A DNA stretch of 17,030 nt from Patescibacteria group bacterium (GTDB taxonomy: Bacteria > Patescibacteriota > Minisyncoccia > UBA6257 > HR35). Below the pieces are notes generated by a model that was not told where the DNA came from, did not search any database, and worked only from the letters and a program-made list of their open reading frames with translations. The stretch covers positions 1 through 17,030 of the forward strand of contig JAUQQN010000003.1 of NCBI GenBank assembly GCA_030549845.1, read 5' to 3'. Positions 12,597 to 17,030 of the stretch are shown here, piece by piece. The position numbers were made by a program, and so were the translations under genes. Position 1 is the stretch's first letter. Every line of letters begins with the position of its first letter.

Positions 12597-12941
12597 ATGG
12601 TAAGAGTAAAAAGAGGAAAAATAAAAACAAAGAAAAGAAAAAAGTTGTTAAGATTAGCTAAGGGTTATAAATGGGGTAGAAAAAGTAAAGAGAAGTTTGC
12701 TAAAGAAGCTATTTTGCATGCATTTAAACATGCCTATGAAGGAAGAAAAAAGAAAAAAAGAGATTTTAGAAGATTATGGCAAATTAGGTTGAATGCATTT
12801 TTGAGAGAAAGAGGATTAAAGTATTCTACTTTTATAAAAAAACTAAAAGATAATAACATAAAGTTAAATAGAAAAATTTTAGCTGAGCTTTCTATGAATT
12901 ATCCTACAATTATGGAAGAAATCGTAAATTCTGTAAAATAG
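12597..12941 (+). CDS. rplT: 50S ribosomal protein L20
   Basis: MVRVKRGKIKTKKRKKLLRLAKGYKWGRKS...AYEGRKKKKRDFRRLWQIRLNA...LKYSTFIKKLKDNNIKLNRKILAEL is the characteristic L20 sequence. It starts 10 nt after the topA stop codon. Confidence 0.95.
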   Translation: MVRVKRGKIKTKKRKKLLRLAKGYKWGRKSKEKFAKEAILHAFKHAYEGRKKKKRDFRRLWQIRLNAFLRERGLKYSTFIKKLKDNNIKLNRKILAELSMNYPTIMEEIVNSVK

Positions 12942-15150
12942 GTTGTAATATTTTGAAAATATTTGAAAAGTTATTTAGTTGATATGGTAATGATAAACAG
13001 TTAGGGCAGTTTCCATTTTCATCTATTTTCATAATAAAACCTCCTTTGCTAAAGTTATATCCTGCGATTATTAAATCTTTATCTATTGCATTTATTATTT
13101 TGTTAAGAAAACTAGAGGGATATAGTTTATAAGTAGACAATTTTGCAGAAGATATAGATAATATTCCTTGATTATTATATTTACCTACTCCATAGAAACT
13201 GTTTTTATAATTAGCAAAAGATCTTATTTCTAAATTACAAAAACTTTCACAAATAGGTATAAAGTTATACATTTCATTATTTAAAATTTCAAAGCTATCT
13301 GGTTTTATTTTTATTACTCTATAATATAAATTATTATTTTCTTTAAATTTCACTAAAATATAATAACTATTTTCTATCTCTGAAGGTAGAATAGAAAGAG
13401 CTTCAGCATTTGATATCGTTAAACAATTTAATACATCACCACTATCATCAATTTTCCCTACCCATCCTTCAGCTAAGGTTTGTCCGACTAGAAGATAAAA
13501 AACATTCGATCCTTCTTGAAAGATTTTAATATCATTAAGTTTCTGGGGCGAATAACAGATACTGGATGAGGTTGAAACTCGATAATTAAAAATTTGGCCT
13601 GTTGAAGAACTGATTTTAAAAACATAAGCTGAACTTGTGGTCTCTCCTACTCCGATGTAATTACCATCACTTGTTCTTTCTAAAGATTTAATCGAAGAAT
13701 AATTTTCTAAAGTAGATGTGGAAATCCATTTTATTGATCCTGTAGAAGAAATTTTTACTGCTAAGGCGGTATTTTCATAAAAACCCCCAAAAATATAATG
13801 ATCAACATATTTATCTCCATTTTCATCTACTGGTAATACAGAAATAAATATACTTGTTGTTACATTCTGTAGGTTAATAGTAGAAGATAAAAGAACATTA
13901 CCAAATACATCAATTTTTGCCCACCATGGAAGTGTAGTTGTAGAATTAATCTTTTTGCCTCCTGCTACGATATAATATTTTTCAAATTTTTCATCAGAGA
14001 TTTTAACATCATAAGGATAAGTATCTAAACCAAAAAACCGTATCCAAGGTTCTGTATTAAAAGGACAACCATAGGCTTCCATTTCACAAACATGAGCATT
14101 TGATCCCCAACCTACAGCCCATGCATTTGTTATATCATTAATAGAAGTAGTTGTGAAATCATAACATTCTCTATATGGGCTTTCAATCCCTGATGTCCAT
14201 GTGGCATTTTTATAATATTTAATATATGGAGCATTCCCTTGTGCGCTAAAGGATGAATATACTTTTAGATAAGAAAGAAAGTAAGGCCTACTGAATTTAT
14301 GTGCTACATAATAAGTAAGAATTGATAATGAAGTGGAAGTGGACCCATCATGAACAGCTGTAGTATCAGTAGGGATAACTTCATTATTATTATCGAACAA
14401 AAGCCATTGGCCTTCAGTAATTTTTATAGGATTCAAACAAGAAAAACTAGCACCATTTGGGTAACTAGGAAATTTTAGTATCGGAGCTTGCTTACAGGTT
14501 GTAGTAGTTATTTCACCATATAATCTATTTCCAACTATTAAACATTTATTGGTCCCAGCCTCATAAATTTCATTATCACTTCCTCCATCTTTTGAAGTTT
14601 TATCTTGTTTTCCTCCATATTTGTTTTCTGAATATTCTAAGTTTGCATTTAATTCAAATTCCTTTGTGCCTCTTGAAAATGCATAAGTATAAAAAAATCC
14701 TGAAGAGTAAGAGTTGATTGGATCAATAGGTAAATAAGTTATTGGCGATGTTTTTAGCTCAGTAAAATTTATGGGGATCCAACCTAAGCCATTTATTTCT
14801 CTTAACAAAGTAGATGAAGAATTCTGAATAATATTCCAAGTTTTACCATTAGCATCTGTAATTGTTGTTGAAGGAATGGGTTCTTTATCATAAGGAATAG
14901 ATACAAAAATTGAAGGAAATGCTTCGTCATAACCTGTAGAATTGTAATTACCATCTAAATCAGCATAAGGGTTTGTTAAAAGATAAGCATTAATTGCAAG
15001 CTCAAGATTTTTAAGATCATTTACCCTTTGAAAGTCTCTATTTCTTTTAAAAAGCTCTATAGGATTAAGAAAATAAAAAAGAATACCCAGAACTGATATT
15101 ATAGCGGTTAATACTATTAAAATTTCAATTAAAGTAAAACCGCTTTTCAT
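12910..15150 (-). CDS. Prepilin-type protein with a pilin-like globular domain, a discoidin/jelly-roll-like middle domain and a roughly 7-bladed SBBP/NHL-like beta-propeller (746 aa)
   Basis: Leader MKSG|FTLIEILIVLTAI with Glu at +5. RVNDLKNLE, GWIPINF, LPIDPIN and TKEFELNANLE are collinear with the 6183..7931 protein. The middle segment ends ...HVCEMEAYGC, which resembles an F5/8 type C domain end. Blade-like repeats include YYIVAGG...WWAKIDVFGNVL, HYIFGGF...LAVKISSTGSIKW, NYIGVGE...YVFKISSSTGQI, YLLVGQT...WVGKIDDSGDVL and LIIAGYN...GFIMKIDENGNC. Confidence 0.85.
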   Translation of the reverse strand: MKSGFTLIEILIVLTAIISVLGILFYFLNPIELFKRNRDFQRVNDLKNLELAINAYLLTNPYADLDGNYNSTGYDEAFPSIFVSIPYDKEPIPSTTITDANGKTWNIIQNSSSTLLREINGLGWIPINFTELKTSPITYLPIDPINSYSSGFFYTYAFSRGTKEFELNANLEYSENKYGGKQDKTSKDGGSDNEIYEAGTNKCLIVGNRLYGEITTTTCKQAPILKFPSYPNGASFSCLNPIKITEGQWLLFDNNNEVIPTDTTAVHDGSTSTSLSILTYYVAHKFSRPYFLSYLKVYSSFSAQGNAPYIKYYKNATWTSGIESPYRECYDFTTTSINDITNAWAVGWGSNAHVCEMEAYGCPFNTEPWIRFFGLDTYPYDVKISDEKFEKYYIVAGGKKINSTTTLPWWAKIDVFGNVLLSSTINLQNVTTSIFISVLPVDENGDKYVDHYIFGGFYENTALAVKISSTGSIKWISTSTLENYSSIKSLERTSDGNYIGVGETTSSAYVFKISSSTGQIFNYRVSTSSSICYSPQKLNDIKIFQEGSNVFYLLVGQTLAEGWVGKIDDSGDVLNCLTISNAEALSILPSEIENSYYILVKFKENNNLYYRVIKIKPDSFEILNNEMYNFIPICESFCNLEIRSFANYKNSFYGVGKYNNQGILSISSAKLSTYKLYPSSFLNKIINAIDKDLIIAGYNFSKGGFIMKIDENGNCPNCLSLPYQLNNFSNIFKILQPILQNLRFLP

Positions 15151-17030
15151 TTATAAGCCCTTATCCTACCTTCTAAAAATATACTATCATCATAAAGATT
15201 AAGATGAAGAATTCTTGCGTACACATCGAAATCTTTAATGTTAGCTTGGAACCATTCTGCACTTTCTACTTGAGCAGAGCCTGGGATACCTAATCCGATA
15301 TATGATCTAGCATCATCTAAATCAAAAGGTATATACTGTAAGGCAGTTAAATAGATTTTTGAACAAGTTTTAGCTACTTGTATAGTAGTTGTACCTATAG
15401 AACTAATTTGGATCATCGAGTTTATTTGATTATCGCAATATATCTTTATCATTCCAGCTTGCACTAAGTTTCTTACAATTAACTTAAGATGGTTAACATA
15501 AGTTGGGCTACCAAAATCTAGTTTCCAGACCAAATATTCAGTATAATTAGCTACTGAATTATAGCCTGTTATTCTAGAAATCCAAGTACGTAATATATAT
15601 CCTGTATAATCAATTTCATTTTCTCGAGTTGTGATAGCGATAGCATCACTTAATGGACCTTCTCCTATCTCATTTACCGCAGAAACTTTATAATAATAAG
15701 TCGTACTTGTAGATAGATTTTGATCAACATAAGTATTTGTTAAAGGTTGTGCTACCAAGGTATAATCAACCCCATTTGTGCTTCTAAAAAGTTTATAATA
15801 AAGAATTGGATAACCTCCGGTACAGAGAGGATTTTCAGGATAAGTTATGCAATTCCAATTTAATCGAACAAAGTTACTCCCATAATCTGAAACCATTATT
15901 GAAAATTGGCCTGGTTTTGTCCCTGCTTTTTTGCACACTTCATTACTGTATCCACTTTCTCCATTTGCATTTTTAGCTGTTACAACATAACAATAAGTCC
16001 TTCCGATATTTACATTTGTATCTTGAAAAGAAAGTTGAGAAGATGAAACTATTGCATAAGGTGTATTTGAATAGCTTTGTCCTAATTCTTTTCTATAAAT
16101 TCTATATTCTGTTATTGAAGAACCACCATTATCTGCAGGTGGGATCCAAGAAAGATTTAATACTCTATCACCTACTGTAATATTTAAGCTCTGTGGGGGT
16201 GATGGAAGCCCATAAGGAGTACCAGAAGCTATATTACTATAAGATCCTTCACCAACGCTATTTACTCCAGAAACAGCATAGTAATATGCTCTGCCAGGAG
16301 TTAGATTCTGGTGGATATAGGTTCGAATTGATGAAGAAGTTGTCGCTATTCTATAGTATTGATTATTAATAACTTGATATACATTGTAATAGAGAATAGG
16401 TAGCGAACTTGAAGCTTGAGTCCAGGATAAAGTGTTTTGTCTATTTCCAGGAGTTACTGTAAGAGACGGAGCTCCAGGAACACCAGGAGCTATGCATGCT
16501 TCGTTAGACGGTAAACTTTCACCTATAGAATTTACAGCTGTAACCTTATAACAATATTTATCATCTGGAGAACCTAAATTATCATAAAAATAAAAGTTTG
16601 TTGTGGTACCTGCAAGATTATAACTTCCTGAATCTGTAATTTTTCTGTAGATGTTATAATAAAGAATTGTACTTCCACCATTGGATGATGGTTCTTCCCA
16701 AGTTAAGTATCTTATAGGTATGGGATTATATGTAACAGTTAAATTTCTAGGAGGGGATGGCACTGTTGTTGTATTTATTGTACATGAAATTAACTCTATT
16801 TGATTAATTGTATTTTTAATATCATTCGATAACAAGTTAAGATTACGAATAGATAATGCAGATAAATCAAGATTTAAAAGGGTGTTTTTATCAATTTCTG
16901 TTGTAACTATTTGATTCCTTACGTTTTGAACTATAATGGAAGTGGTAGGATAGTTATTGGATTGGAATTTGAGATCAGGTTTATAAGGGATTCCATAAGT
17001 TGCTGGATCTAATTTTATTAAAACAATATC
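15147..17030 (-). CDS. Surface protein with four tandem fibronectin type III domains and a 159-aa C-terminal domain; the 5' end is open at the right window edge
   Basis: The track ORF starts at a TTG (16835), but I checked the same frame and it stays open for all 65 codons from 17030 (DIVLIKLDPATYGIPYKPDLKF...SIRNLN-LLSNDIK). The true start is therefore probably outside the window. FN3 hallmarks occur four times, for example PSPPRNLTV...LTWEEP..NGGS.ILYYNIYR...YCYKVTAVNSIGES and P.SLNITVGDRVLNLSWIPPADNGGSSITEYRIYR...YCYVVTAKNANGES. The stop TGA overlaps the next ATG as ATGA at 15147..15150. Confidence 0.85.
   Translation of the reverse strand, partial: DIVLIKLDPATYGIPYKPDLKFQSNNYPTTSIIVQNVRNQIVTTEIDKNTLLNLDLSALSIRNLNLLSNDIKNTINQIELISCTINTTTVPSPPRNLTVTYNPIPIRYLTWEEPSSNGGSTILYYNIYRKITDSGSYNLAGTTTNFYFYDNLGSPDDKYCYKVTAVNSIGESLPSNEACIAPGVPGAPSLTVTPGNRQNTLSWTQASSSLPILYYNVYQVINNQYYRIATTSSSIRTYIHQNLTPGRAYYYAVSGVNSVGEGSYSNIASGTPYGLPSPPQSLNITVGDRVLNLSWIPPADNGGSSITEYRIYRKELGQSYSNTPYAIVSSSQLSFQDTNVNIGRTYCYVVTAKNANGESGYSNEVCKKAGTKPGQFSIMVSDYGSNFVRLNWNCITYPENPLCTGGYPILYYKLFRSTNGVDYTLVAQPLTNTYVDQNLSTSTTYYYKVSAVNEIGEGPLSDAIAITTRENEIDYTGYILRTWISRITGYNSVANYTEYLVWKLDFGSPTYVNHLKLIVRNLVQAGMIKIYCDNQINSMIQISSIGTTTIQVAKTCSKIYLTALQYIPFDLDDARSYIGLGIPGSAQVESAEWFQANIKDFDVYARILHLNLYDDSIFLEGRIRAYK
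15627..16760 (-). other. Array of four FN3 domains (about 94 aa each) within the 15147..17030 CDS
   Basis: Boundaries were derived from the protein coordinates (aa 26-403 of the track ORF) using the repeated P..P..L ... W ... Y.(I/V)YR ... Y.Y.V.A.N..GE pattern. Confidence 0.75.

Noticed and set aside
1-17030. Alternative genetic code (UGA recoding, as in some candidate phyla)
   Set aside because: pheS, pheT, recR, topA and rplT are all full length and collinear with their families under the standard code, and genes end at TGA as well as TAA. I see no evidence for recoding.

Overview
AT-rich (by eye roughly 70% A+T, not computed), tightly packed bacterial window read with the standard code. 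The style fits a small-genome Patescibacteria/CPR-like organism (inference). Housekeeping genes: pheS and pheT, recR, a DgkA-family kinase, a short topA, rplT and five tRNA genes: Arg-CCT, Leu-CAA, Leu-TAA, Tyr-GTA, Arg-TCG. Between them sit five large predicted cell-surface genes that cover about 59% of the window by coordinates. (1) An 864-codon tail-fibre-like frame (1..2592, minus) that is missing from the supplied ORF track because it runs off the left edge. (2, 3) Two paralogous proteins with a canonical prepilin leader (G|FT.[IL]E), a shared pilin-like globular domain and a roughly 7-bladed SBBP/NHL-like beta-propeller (6183..7931 and 12910..15150). (4) A protein with four FN3 domains (15147..17030+) that is open to the right edge and joined by an ATGA overlap to the second pilin-propeller gene. 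(5) A signal-anchored protein with nine near-identical 111/126-bp PD40-like tandem repeats (9003..10580). Other points: two G7/C7 tracts tied to the tail-fibre-like gene, a class II tRNA-Tyr with a C1:G72 pair, recurrent extended -10 boxes, TATAAT boxes exactly 11 nt before two ATGs, and a 28-bp palindrome plus phased direct repeats in a tRNA spacer. No CRISPR array, transposase, integrase or convincing intrinsic terminator was seen.
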